Source: Phoronis australis (Eukaryota > Animalia > Phoronida). From it: 64,000 bases of DNA. The DNA lies in contig NMRA01000226.1 in NCBI GenBank assembly GCA_002633005.1, forward strand, positions 413,142 to 477,141. The letters are read 5' to 3'. Each line of letters begins with the position of its first letter. Within the stretch, counting starts at the first letter, position 1. The notes under the pieces are model-generated. The model had not been told where the DNA came from. It searched no databases and was given only the letters and a program-made list of their open reading frames with translations. A program made the translations under genes and the position numbers. Of the stretch, positions 13,426 to 26,300 are shown piece by piece.

Positions 13426-16029
13426 TTTATCCGGTCTCAACGTATGCCATTTTGTTCATTAAAGGTTTTCAATTTACTTATCGACATGCCCCTTTCATTA
13501 GCGTTCACAGTTTTACACGGCGACACTAGTAAGGGGTTAATCGATTATTTCTGCTATCAGACAATAGGTAGTCATCAATTATTTGTCCAAGTTATTTTAA
13601 TGATAACAGTTATTATTCTACGAAAGTGCTTTTGTGAAGGGGTGTTTCTGACTGGAAATTTCACAAATACAAACCCAGTGTTTTATCCTTTTATCTCACA
13701 ACGTTCAATCTGGGCCATATTATCCTACCGAATCCAACACAAAGAAAGACAGGATAATATCTACAAACTATTTTTTTATTTGCAGTATACGCAGATACAG
13801 TCAAGCGTTCCCTTTGATTCCGAATATGCCCGAGTACGCGGCATGCACAAAACGAAATATCCGATTTTGTACGTGTACAGCGTCCTCCCCTTGCTTCTTG
13901 AGCCCGGTGGGTAACACCACGTTAGGATACGTTTTGAGACCCAGATTCAAATTTTGAGCCATCATGATCAATCGTGACTACATGTGTATGTATGAGTGCT
14001 TTTAAGTGTTCTCAAACTGTGAAGTATTGTGGCACCACTGTCATATTCTAGTGCCCAATGCAGTCTGAATCTAGCCATGTTTGTGGAAATTATTACCTAA
14101 TTTAATGATCTAATTATTTCCACAAAATTACCAAAACCCAGTATTTTCCGCCTTGGAACTTAGCGGAATATTGCGATTAAAATTTTCGCCTTCGATCCGT
14201 GTGGAAAGGCTGTTGCATGTGAGCCTTCATTTTTTAATGGCGTGCACTAAAAAAGTTCTGTTCACCTTTTTCAACGCTACAACTTCCTGACAGGCGATTT
14301 TTGGAAGGAATTTTCTTGAAAGCAATAAAGTGAATGAAAAAAGGTAGCGGGTATTTCTACTCAAAATTTGCTTTTTAATTAAAAATAGCAATTAAGACAA
14401 CTGAAGAACTGTAAATGTTATAAAGATTATGAATGCTATTTTGGGCTTTTTTATGCAAGTGGACATATTCTAACCGACCTATCACTTGAAAACCTGCGTC
14501 AGTGTGCTCATCCATGTGGGACCGACTCGCATGGTAAGCTTCGATTCACGACGAGTGGTTGGGTAAGTTTTGAGTCTCCTCGAGTCCGAAGATTAGACCC
14601 GGGGAGTTGTTTCACAAAAATATGTTACGAAGTTTTTACACATAGACTAAACGGAGATTTGCGACAAAACTTGCTATTGGTCGTAATCCGTACAAAAAAC
14701 GTCGAAAAGTTACGACACTCTAGTGGAACAGGCCCTAGTGGCCGTTTGCATGTACCAAGCATGGACTACACAACATTCCCTAAATCTTCAGCGTATTTGT
14801 GAACTTTGCTTACACCCTTATATAAATGTTTTCAACCACTTTATCTTCAGTACTGAGATCCTTATTCACTTATGGATAACGGATTCTTTATTTTAATGGA
14901 AATTATTAGAGTAAGTCTTTAAATTAGGGGTGTTGCATGAAAAGGGCACTATTTTTTACCAGCAATATTCAAATTAGAGATTCCCGTCGTATGTACCAAG
15001 GCTAAATTTGTCTAGTATTGAAGACAACACAAAATCAACACCAGACGTACTCTACTCAAGTGGGACACATATGGCAATATTTGCATGAAGATCCACCAAG
15101 GAACACGGTAGATATGGAGACGGAGGCAAAAATCAAATTTGTCACTGTACCGTAAATGAATTTAATTAACAGAATACTGTCACTTGTGTAGGTGTATTTG
15201 TCGATTTTTCATTTGCTCTACCCTGGGAGCCTCACTTGACTCTCACTTGATGAGTGGTCGGAAGAACGTAAAATATTTGATATTTGTGCACACGGAGATC
15301 GTCGTAGTGAATAAAATACTAAAGCTACTCCTACTAAGTAACTGCGAATAACCTATTAATAATTAATAAGTAATAATAATTTGACGGTTCGCTCATACAA
15401 GTAGGCGTTAGCAAAATGTGCCCGAACATTCGAACAGGTTTTAGGCGAGCCCACGCGAGATGGCAAAATCGGTTAAATAGGATGGATTATGGCAATTCAC
15501 GGGAAAGAGCCGGTAATGGGATGGTGGTAAGAAATCAATTAAGCCTAATTCTCGATAATTGAGATGTTCGCTGGTGTCAATCAATTCGAATTACATTGTT
15601 GTTTATTTGAGTTGATGGCATATTGATGACATTGTGTACTTTTGTCTTTCCGGTTATGTGCCTCGTGGTTAATTTAGGAACTGCACGCCATGTCAGACCG
15701 GAAACCCAAGTGGCATCAACTGATAATTTAGTAAGATACCTTTGATTTGAAAGATGCTAATACTGGAAAATATTTAACCAGGAAACGTTTTTACCACCCG
15801 CCATTACCACGGTACTTTTTCTGCTTCAAAAATAAAAAACAATCAAAAAACAATCAACCCAAATTCATTGTCTATGTTCGTCTGCTTTATCCTCCCCAGA
15901 AATTAAAAAATGTCAATCTGTCTGATTTGATTTCCCAATTGCTAAATAATGAAAATGTCATTTTTTTCAAACTCAAACAATCAATATATGATATTCTGAA
16001 ACAACACAGACTTCATGGTTGGAACTGAT

Positions 16030-16525
16030 CAGAGCCGGCTTCATCCAGGATTTCGAAAGTAGGGTGTCCAAAAGGGGTTTCCAGTATTCCAGGGTGTCCA
16101 TGATTCCAACGACGTGTTATCCCCACCCTCACCGTTGGCCAGCAACCCCNNNNNNNNNNNNNNNNNNNNNNNNNNNNNNNNNNNNNNNNNNNNNNNNNNN
16201 NNNNNNNNNNNNNNNNNNNNNNNNNNNNNNNNNNNNNNNNNNNNNNNNNNNNNNNNNNNNNNNNNNNNNNNNNNNNNNNNNNNNNNNNNNNNNNNNNNNN
16301 NNNNNNNNNNNNNNNNNNNNNNNNNNNNNNNNNNNNNNNNNNNNNNNNNNNNNNNNNNNNNNNNNNNNNNNNNNNNNNNNNNNNNNNNNNNNNNNNNNNN
16401 NNNNNNNNNNNNNNNNNNNNNNNNNNNNNNNNNNNNNNNNNNNNNNNNNNNNNNNNNNNNNNNNNNAACCCCCTCCCCCCCCCCCCATACACAGTGAGAT
16501 AATAAGTTTACAAAAACAGATCCGC
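16030..16525. mobile_element. Second, partial copy of the hAT MITE family of 61570-63301 (spans gap)
   Basis: 16041-16128 matches the reverse complement of ~63205-63292 (ATCCAGGATTT..AGGGTGTCCAAAA..TATTCCAGGG(T/C)GTCCATGATTCC). Confidence 0.6.
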
Positions 16526-16687
16526 TGCGTGGAACAATACTTTTACGTCTAGTAAATTTGCGGAATCAGCCAAGTAGCTTACCAAACAAATATTACAATT
16601 ATATTGGTTGAACAATGATCGAGAGCACTGTGTTTTTGGAAATCTCAAGTTTCAGTTTTATATCTAATGAGCAAATTATTGGTCACC

Positions 16688-16945
16688 ACAGACTAAAAGT
16701 ACTTGTGACCTTGGCTTTACTTAAGAAAACGTGGCTGTCAGCGGACAATTTTTGACATGTGGCGAAGTGAATTGCATTGGTACCGTGTAGAAGGATTGAA
16801 TCTGTTACTAATTGCAACACAGACTAAAAGTACTTGTGACCTTGGCCTTACTTAAGAAAACGTGGCTGTAAGAGGACAAGTTTTGATATGTGGCGAAGTG
16901 AATTGCATTGGTACCGTAGTAGGATTGAATCTGTTACTAATTGCA
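16688..16945. repeat. Two-copy tandem repeat, ~129-bp unit
   Basis: CACAGACTAAAAGTACTTGTGACCTTGG...GGATTGAATCTGTTACTAATTGCAA occurs twice. Confidence 0.9.
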
Positions 16946-17119
16946 ACAATAAAGGAACAAAGAATTTCTGAAAAGGCCCTGAAAGTTTATTGACAGATAA
17001 GTCTGAACTTGTTGAATTCTCTCGTTTTCAGTATTAATTTCTTTCAAATGTTTGCACCATCTCTCGGAGCTAAGTATTTGTTGGCAAAATACATGTGAGG
17101 GCCTGTGGCTGTAAGCTAG

Positions 17120-17274
17120 AGCGGCGGATTTAGAGGGAGGATAAAGGGACGATGGCCCACCTAAAATTCTCCCGGATTCCATTTGGCAGTTCGAGGGTGC
17201 GAATATCTTACGAGAAAAATCCTGGCTAATACTCTGCCCTTCCACCCCAAATTAAAATCCTGGATCGGCCCCAG
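17120..17274 (-). mobile_element. Short MITE, reverse copy of 7318-7470
   Basis: GGCGGATTTAGAGGG..AATCCTGGCTAATACTCTGCCC..AATCCTGGATCGGCCCC. Confidence 0.65.
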
Positions 17275-17961
17275 AGCTAGATTGATGAATCAGTTAATGT
17301 TAAGTCGGTAAGGCAAGGACGTATTGACAAGTCAGTACATTTGTCCAAATAACTACAAAACTGTAGAATTTAGCTCAACAAAAGTGTGTTCCGAAAGTAT
17401 AAGTTCCGCAGAATTTGACTTTTACTTCATACCAGTCTACCACTAATTAAGTCACGTGACCTTGATTTTTAGGAAAATTTAGCAAAAACAAGGGTACATT
17501 CATAGCAAAACACGGGATCGATAAAACGACCAAATTTCATATCAAATAAATGCTTAAGATAAAATGACAAAAATACTGTTACACTTTTCTAAATTATTGT
17601 TTCGTTTTCATTTTATGCAACTTTAAAAAAAATTTGTTGCATAATATCTGAAGGTTTTGTGAGAATCTGTCATTTCCGGTGTTCCGAAGTTTGTCAAAGT
17701 CGGACATTTTTCTAGGGTCCTACGTAACCTTAAGTGCAGCCCAGGTGGTGACATGGCGGCACATTCTAATCCAGCCAGTGTGCCGGAAGAACTTGCAAAT
17801 TACACTTAACCTCAGCTAAACTATCAAAGTCAAGTTAACGTGTGTAACTTTCAAGTCTAACCAGCTTCAACATGTTCAACGTTCGACAGCTCCATCAGCT
17901 TGAAAGATAAACGGTTTCAATAAAATAAGCGGCAAATATAGATGTAGCAGTAAAAAAGCTG

Positions 17962-18209
17962 GGGCCCGTTCCAAGAAACTGACTTAAGTTCATTTTTGAC
18001 TTAAGTTTAAGATTTGTCTTAACTTCCAAACTTTGAAACTTCCACATTAGGCAAGCAAGTCAAAATTAAGACAAAACTAATGTTAAACACTTAAAACAAA
18101 CTTAAGATGTCTTTCTTGAATTGGTTTTGAGACAAATTTAACTTTTATTTTAAAATTTACAAAAATTTAAGATTTGGCTTAGCTAAGTCAGTTTTGTTGG
18201 AACGGGCCC
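17962..18209. mobile_element. Harbinger/PIF-type MITE
   Basis: ~26-bp TIRs GGGCCCGTTCCAA..AAACTGACTTA; 3-bp CTG TSD at 17959-17961 and 18210-18212. Confidence 0.75.
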
Positions 18210-20219
18210 CTGTATTATAGACAGCGTTTTTTTTTTGGTTCTTTTTTGTTTTTTTTTTATTCTCGTCTAGCTGCTGCGGCAGTTTTAAGTTCATCAAATT
18301 AATGTTTTATTTACTTACAAAATGTGGTCCAACTAAGTTGAATTCTACTAAGAATAACTAGATAACAGTAAATTGCGGTAAATTTTTTACGAATTTAGGA
18401 CAGTCTCCGGAATTTCGGACAAGTTCAAAGCGAACAATTTTTTTTTTATTCTGAACGGACACGGACAAATTTGCCATTCACCATAGTTCTTAAATTTCTG
18501 ACACCTCGATTTTAGCGCATTGGACGTAGTTCTCACACTTCGGACAGTGCGCTTTTTCGCATGATCGGGAGCTGCATGTAAATCTGGAAGTTCAAATAAC
18601 GGTGATTATTTACACGTTAAAACTACCGCGGTTGTAATGCATTGACAGATGTCGCAGTCTACCGATGTGGATGGTTGTTTGTGTATATCTCGCATGTTTT
18701 CTTGGCAGTGATCACGGACTTAAAATATTTGCCACGCTTGATTGCGATTTCACTATAAATAAAATGTAATGTTCTCCGCCTTTTGCCAAATCGCCAGTGT
18801 CACGCCTTGTATTTGTATTAACAGATAATTATTAAGCACCGGTGATGAGACCGTTGTGTTTTCATGTCACATCCGGGGTTCACTTACCTTCCTCAAGGCG
18901 CCCCGACCTTCGCTATGTCATGCTTACAAACGGCGCCCGAACCGGCGTGTTGTTCAGTGTGACTGTGAAAAGCAAAAATTCATGCCCTAGTTTGTTATGC
19001 AGTATAGTTAAAAATGTTCATGATGCGAATAAATCTTTATGTCTCCATGCTGACATTCTATTTGCTAGTCTATTTGGTATTCTCCACGGTCGTTGAGAAT
19101 TCGAACTCATCACTTCGGCAAAACAAATGTCTGGTTCATATTTTAACCTTGAGCAAACAGGCTGTCCTTGAGCCTAGAAAACACTTTTCGCGACTAATTG
19201 CTTTTTGAAATCGTTTCTCACCATAAACGCTGTCCACTAATCGCTTGGTGTTTTGTTAAATTATCTGGGCAAGGACTCCTATCAAGTGACTGCTAATTTC
19301 ACTGAAAAGTCAATTAATGGTCATTACCTGGTAATAGTTAGGTTCGTCAAATCAATAACTGGTAACTTAACCGATGTAAATCACTTGACAACATTAAATA
19401 CAATGACGCGATAGTCACCAAATGGCCATTAAGAAATCCTCTCCAAGTTCTAATTGGCACCACTTCATACCGGTAACCGCAAATTTTTGGATTTTTTCTG
19501 TTATTTGGCCTCATTTTCCACCTACCTTTTGTCATGCAGTGCTGTTGTGCAGGCAAACAATTACCTCTAAAATGGAGAATTTTGTAATGAACTGCATCGT
19601 TCAAGAAAAATACCAAATCAAAAAATGGCGACATCTTTCTGATATGGAATAACAATGTATTATTTCCTATTGACAAATTGACAAATTGACAATACAGTAG
19701 CAGACAGTTTGAAAACAAAACTGACAAATACTTTCTCATCTGAAAATCAGAGAAACGCTCTTAGCAAAAATGACTACTTCCTTGGTGAGTGACAAAAAAC
19801 TGCCGTGACCAGTGTCACTCACGTGAGAGTACACAACAGGAAATATAAGCTTAGAAAACCATCATAACTCCCCTTCACGATGGCTGATTGTAAGCAGAGT
19901 TCATCTATAGAGTAACTGAAATGACAGGAACATGCAAATACCGGTATATCTATCTACAGTTGGTGTGCACTGGAACTTCAATGAAACAAGAATGCTTCAT
20001 GGACATTACACCAACTGTTTTTTTTCAAATACCATGAATACTGCCCACACAGTAACTCAATAACAATAAATAATCATTTAATCTGTCGAACAACAGCAGA
20101 ACTCCTCACACATCACCATGTACAACATCACAGAATAACTCTGTGTGACAATTCAAAATGTTTTTTGTCCATGAGTATCCGCACACAACTACAAACACTT
20201 TGTCTACCACCAGATGCCT

Positions 20220-20310
20220 CTAGTTGAACACTGATTTGCCCGTGTCAAAGTTGTATCCAAGGCCAGGTAGGGGAGGTTTTTTGGCAGCAACTGCAGCAGA
20301 CTCAGGCACT
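20220..20310 (-). CDS. NDUFA7: NDUFA7 exon 4 (terminal)
   Basis: Acceptor tatgttgcAG; phase fits exon 3; encodes [19 protein letters not shown]...* (human has AESSAVAATEKKAVTP). Confidence 0.88.
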
Positions 20311-23300
20311 CTGCAACATAAGTTGTGCATTGCAAGCATATTGCAGACAACAGTATGCCTTATAAAATGAAACACTGCAGGCAAAATCAAACCTTACCTT
20401 TCAAATGGGAGAATCAATATTCACTAAATGAAGCAATAACCAGGTGGCGACACCATCTTGCCCAGGTGTCAGCTCACCTAGTCTGCTGAACAACATGGCA
20501 TGTACTGTTAATTACCCAATTCATTTCAGATTTTTCTCTGGGGATATGAGACCCAATTTTGGATTGGCATGCTTTGTTGGTGACGTGATATTCCTATCCT
20601 AATGCCAGTCCTCCATTCATCATCATCAATGAAATGTACTTGTTTGTTTTATGCAATAAATTTGTGAAAAAGACAATAAAAAAAATATTTAAAAAATCAT
20701 CATGATCCCGATCATCACCACCAACATCGCCACCACCACCACCATCACCACCAACATCACCATCATCACCACCATCACCATCGTCACCGTCAACACCACC
20801 ATCATCATCGTCATCACCACCATTTTCAACAACAGAATAATACCTTAATGTGGGTTTTCTGGAAATTTGAACCTTTCCACAAGTTTGTTGGAAAAATTGT
20901 ACCTCTTCAGAGGATAATTAGGTTAAAACAGGTGTGCCTCGTTAGAAGTGCCCTGTTATCTCTCTTTCTGAAAGACTGAAAATTCATATTGAACTCAATT
21001 ATCTTGGTCAACCACTTCTACTGCTTTGGCTGGTGGATACCCTAGTGATAAAATTCTTATACTCCAGGGCCAGATTTATGGCATCATACGTAAGATACGA
21101 CTCATGCAACTGTCTCACAAAAATTCAGATTCCCATAATAGGACCACACCACATGTTAAGAGTCAACAGAGGGCAGCAACAACTAAGGAGACTGATAATC
21201 TATGTTCAACAGCACGGGTAAAACAGGCATACATTCAGACACTGAAATTTTAATTATTTTCCTTGAAAATTTGGGGTCGTGCTCACCTATAAAGTGAGCA
21301 GCGAGTCCATTTGAATAAGAGTTTCTTTAAATACACAACTTCATAATCAGTACAGTTGGCCATTTACTGTGACATGTTTAAAAAACATGAGAATACCAGT
21401 ATACATGTATGATCACCATGTAAGTTAATGGTACCTAAAATTACAAGAAGGATGTACTCTTCTCTCAGTCGCTCAAACTAAACAGCATGTCCCAAATAAA
21501 AGAATCTTGATCATCATCATTGCTTAAATTACCTTCACTAATTAGCAGGTACTTGTAATATTCATGAAATAAAATATTTCTCCTTTTAAAGGAGAATGCC
21601 ACCCGATTTAATTAGTCTTTTTACTGTCTTAATCGGTCTATATCCACATCGCCTCTTATACGGTCGACCTCACCTTGCCGAGAGGTGTTGGGTTAACCTG
21701 TGAGAAGGTGAGAAACGACGTAGCGACGTCACTGGTTCATCTGCAGAGTGAATGCAGCTATATTGCGGTGCATCGTTCCCGCTTGTCCAAACAATGAAGC
21801 TGTGAGGAAAAAGCGGGTATTTATTTTTTTGACTTCCTTGAGAGCCCGAAATGCTTAGGAAGTGGCTCGCTGTTTTTAGCAAGTATGAGGCCATGAAACA
21901 TCTCCATGTCTGTGGCCGGCATTTCCTCAACAGTGATTTCTCTGACGAATTCCCGCTTACCAAAGAACTATCCATACGTTTCGTTGCCTGTGCATGTTCA
22001 CGGCACCTCTCTAGTATTTCTTGATCAGCGTATCACAGTTTGAACTGATAGCCTGTGAAACCTAACGATTCGACCCGTGTAGTCTTCGTCAGACTATGTC
22101 GTGATTGGCGCTGGGCGAGTTGCCATGTAGACGTTTACTATTCTGGGTTCTGTTTCAAAATGAATTATTCTCACCCTAACCAATGCTTATATAAAACTGA
22201 AACAAAGTCTGTCTCATTAGATACAATTTGTAATGCCTTTGAAGTATTCGAGAGTTCAAATGTTTTGAAAAGCCCGCATAAACCACCGTGTTACTGGCTT
22301 TAGATGCAATAAAGGTAATTGACCGGGCACCGAGGCCGTGTGAGCACATGCTAATTCAGTGTTTGCTGACAGAAAGCTGTTGTGAAGCAATTATTCGATT
22401 TTATATGCTATGGTCACATGTTAGGGGAATCTTTATTTAAGTATACAAATACATTATTCAAATCATTGCTACTGTACAACTTTTGCCCTGACGGTTCTGT
22501 CGAAGGTGTACCTGACTTCGCAGCCCCCGACAAGTAAGTAGATTTTCAGTTTCGTGGCTAATTCACTTAAATAATTATGTGCACATTATTACTTTGGCTC
22601 ACTATTATAGTCTTTTGGTGACTGAAGGTTTACTTTCCAACTTAAGCTGGTTTATGTTCGTGATGTCCAGTCCCGGCGGCCGCGACGGGCCTGATAGGTA
22701 CCAAGCCACTGGTGGGGAGTAACAAATATTTTGTGTATTAAGAACAGAAAAAATCGCAAGTCTAAAACTACAACAAACAGCTATGTTCCCCCATCTGTAT
22801 TTCACGGCAGAATGATTCGAATTTATCACCAAACAAACCCAAACTCCCGCGATCAACCAAATTGGCCAGCTGAACTCTGTAGGCTACGGTACGTTCAAAC
22901 ACCTATAAATCCGTAACCGTGAAATAAAACAACACATTTGTTCAAGAACTCGATGAATTCAAGCAATAAGTTGACACCAGTAAGCATGTTGTGAACGGCT
23001 GAACAGACTGCGCTTGAAACGATTACGTCATTGGTCTGCCGTTAGGTGTTAGGTAAAACAACTGAACTTGCTGTAGAACTACTTGATCTAAAAAAAAAAC
23101 AGTGCAGGTGGTCTGATGTCATTTGTGGTGCATCAGACGTGCGCAGGCCTCATGGTTGGGCCCATTGCACAAAACACCTGAGCAAAGGCACGAGACCCCA
23201 ATTATGGCTCCTCGTGAAGAAAGTTTTCAAGTCTGCCAGTCTCCTTTAGGAAAACGGACAGACGTTTCCATTTGTTGCCNTGTGTCGGGCTAGGTTGCAG

Positions 23301-26300
23301 TGGCCCGTCAAAATTTGAATGACGTGTCTTATACCCAAAATTGATACAAAATAGGTTGTTTTTAGGGTGGCATTCTCCTTTAAGTGAAACAGTTTCGTTG
23401 CAGATTTTAACCTGCACTATTATGCATTTAAAGGAGCATGCTACCCAAAAAACAACCTAATTTGTATCACTTAAGATTGAGTAGTTCTACTCCATAACGA
23501 CATGTACGGTTCAATACCTGACACCTGATGGCAGACGGACATGTTGAAATTATCCAATGACGTCATCGGTTTCACACGCAGTCTGTTCAGCAGTTCACAA
23601 CACGGGTTACTGGTGTCAGCTTATCGCTTGAAGTCATCGTTTAACACCAATAAATCATCAAACTTCGATGTAAGGCCCTTAAAAATACACCTAGTTCTTA
23701 TAAAAACGTGTTGTTTTATTTCGCTCTTATGGATTTATTGGTATTTGGACACACCGTAGCCTACAAAGTTCGGCAGGCTAATAAGGTCCGTAGCAGGAGT
23801 TTGGGGTCTGTTCGGAGATAATTTCGAAGTATTTTTCGTGAGATACAGACAGGAGAACCTAGATCTGTGTTGTTTAGACTTGTGATTTTTTTGAGTTCTA
23901 AACACAAAACGCTTGTTATCCTGGCCAGTGGCTCGGAGCCCGATCAGGCCCATCGCGGCCGGCCGGATTGCCTTGAGTTATCCAGGCCAGTGGCTCGGAA
24001 ACTGATCAGACATCACGAACATAAACCAGCCAAACTTCAGTGGAAACTAAACTTCGAGTCAAGAAAATACTATACTAGTGATCCAAAGTAATGTGCACGT
24101 GATTATGTTGGTGAATTAGCCACGAAACTGCAAATCTATTTACTCGTCGGGGCCGCGAATTCACTCGGGTTCCGCTTTGGCCACAGCACCATCTGGGCAG
24201 AAGTTGTACATTGACAATCATTATTTGAGTAATGTAAACGTAAATAAAGATTCCCTTAACACCTGACCGTGGGATGGAAATCGAGTTGTTTCACAACAGT
24301 TTCTGCCAGCAAACACTAAATTAGCATGAGCTCACACGGCCTCGGTGTCCCGTCAATTAGTTTTATTGCACCTAAAGCTGGTAACGCAGTGATTTATTCA
24401 TTGCTAGCTTCTCAAATCATTTGCACTCACGAACACTCCAATGGCATTACAAATTGCATCTAATGAGACAGACTTTGTTTCAGTTGGTTAGGGTGAGAAT
24501 AATTCATTTTGAAACAGAACGCGCAGCAATAAACGCCAACATGACAACTCGCAATCCCGACTTAGGACAAGCTAGAGCTCACCAGTCCCGACTTCGCAGG
24601 TGGAACGTTAAGTTTTACAGGCTATCAATTCAAACAGGAATACAGTGATGAAGAAATACTAGAGAGGCGCTGTGAACAAGCTCAGACAACAGAACGTATG
24701 GAGTTATTTGGTAAGCCGGCATTCGTCAGGCACTGTCGACTGCAGGCCACAGACATGGTGATGTTTCACGGCCTCATACTTGCTATTTACAGCGTACATT
24801 TCATTATTCACTACCATGAGCCACTTCGTAAGCATTTTGGACTCTCGAGGAAGTAAACAAACGATATACCTGCTTTCCTCGCAGCTGCTTAGGTCGGACA
24901 AGCAGGAACGATGCACCGCAACGTAGCGGCATTCACTCTGCATATGAACCACTGACGTCGCTAGCGTCATTTCTCACCTTAATCACAGGTTAACGCGACA
25001 TCTCTTGGCAAGGTAAGGTCGACCGTATGTGAGGCGATGTGGATATAGACCGATTAAGACGGCAAAAAAGACTAATTAAATCGGGTGGCATTCTCCTTTA
25101 AATCTCAACCACTAGACATGCAGTTAGACATGCAGTTAGACATGCAGTTAGACATGCAGTTATACACACAAATGTCCAATAGAATACATACTGTCCAGCA
25201 GGAAGAGCTTTTTGTCCAGCATCGTAGGCTACGGTCGGGGGATGGCTCTCCCGACGGCCATCCCTGGAGTAATAGTAATTGGCACTGAGCTTATGAGACG
25301 GTCCCCCTGGCAAATTTGGAGCTGGCTGTGTCCTGGACAAAACACGAAAATATTCATTGTGAATTCAATCGGTTGGTTGAGTCATACCTTGTGTTAAAAG
25401 AAGTAACATAAAAGTTAAAATCTCACCAATTTTAGACAAAAATAATAGTCAAAATTACTCCTTTTCATTTTTTAATGCCTTCTAACATTATTGACAATGC
25501 TCACATTTTCTCAAGACATTTTAATTATCTAAGTACCCGTGAATTGAGCAGAGTTGATAAATAGCGGAGTGGGAAATGTCTTTTCAAGAAAACGAGAGTA
25601 ATTGAGCATTTCAGTAATTCTCTATTATTAGTCCAATCAGCATGTCCTCATAGGACGGTTAAGATATCATTAAAACAGAACAGTTATAGGAATTCTGGTT
25701 GGTGAGTTGGAAAATGAAAATATGGGTGGAGGGCAAAAATGTGCCTTCAACCTCTGTGGTATGGTTTACTGAAACATCCCTAAGTATTTTCACTTCCTCT
25801 GTGGTTTTCACTGTGACTGATGATGTACAAATTTGGCGACAGATAAAACGAGAGCGCTCGGAGGAGCGACACTTGGCAAAATTACGCGAAAACAGGACGA
25901 TGGGGAGGACGACGACGATGATCATGACGATGAACAACACGATAACATTCATGTGACTAGCAAACAAATCAGTAAGAAATACCCTGCAGTCTTGTTCACG
26001 CACCCGGTTTCTCGGACGGCAGACGACAGAGGTTGATAGCAAATGCCAGCTACCGGTTTGCATCAAAAGTAGGTAAAAACTTGGCTTTTCTCATTCAAAA
26101 ACACAAATAAATCAGTTTTCTGGCATCTGTTTACAACAGATTCCACGAACAACGAGCCAAACCTGACATACGCCCTGTATATGAATTGTAGGCACTAGAA
26201 AATGCCCTGTAGTCGCAGACTGACTGTCACTAGAAAATGCCCCGTGGCCGTGGCCTGACTGTTTAGTGCTACCTACAATCTTGAGCGACACTAGGCGAAA

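Noticed and set aside
13348-13914. 188-aa ORF
   Set aside because: Starts at a non-ATG codon within a pLTR relic; composition is typical of non-coding AT-rich DNA.
16013-16552. Long ORFs across N runs (also 47921-48496)
   Set aside because: Artefacts of assembly gaps.
17861-18960. Possible minus-strand first exons (donor GTAAGT near 18887; MELSNVEHVEA near 17861-17898)
   Set aside because: No downstream phase-compatible exons or homology found.
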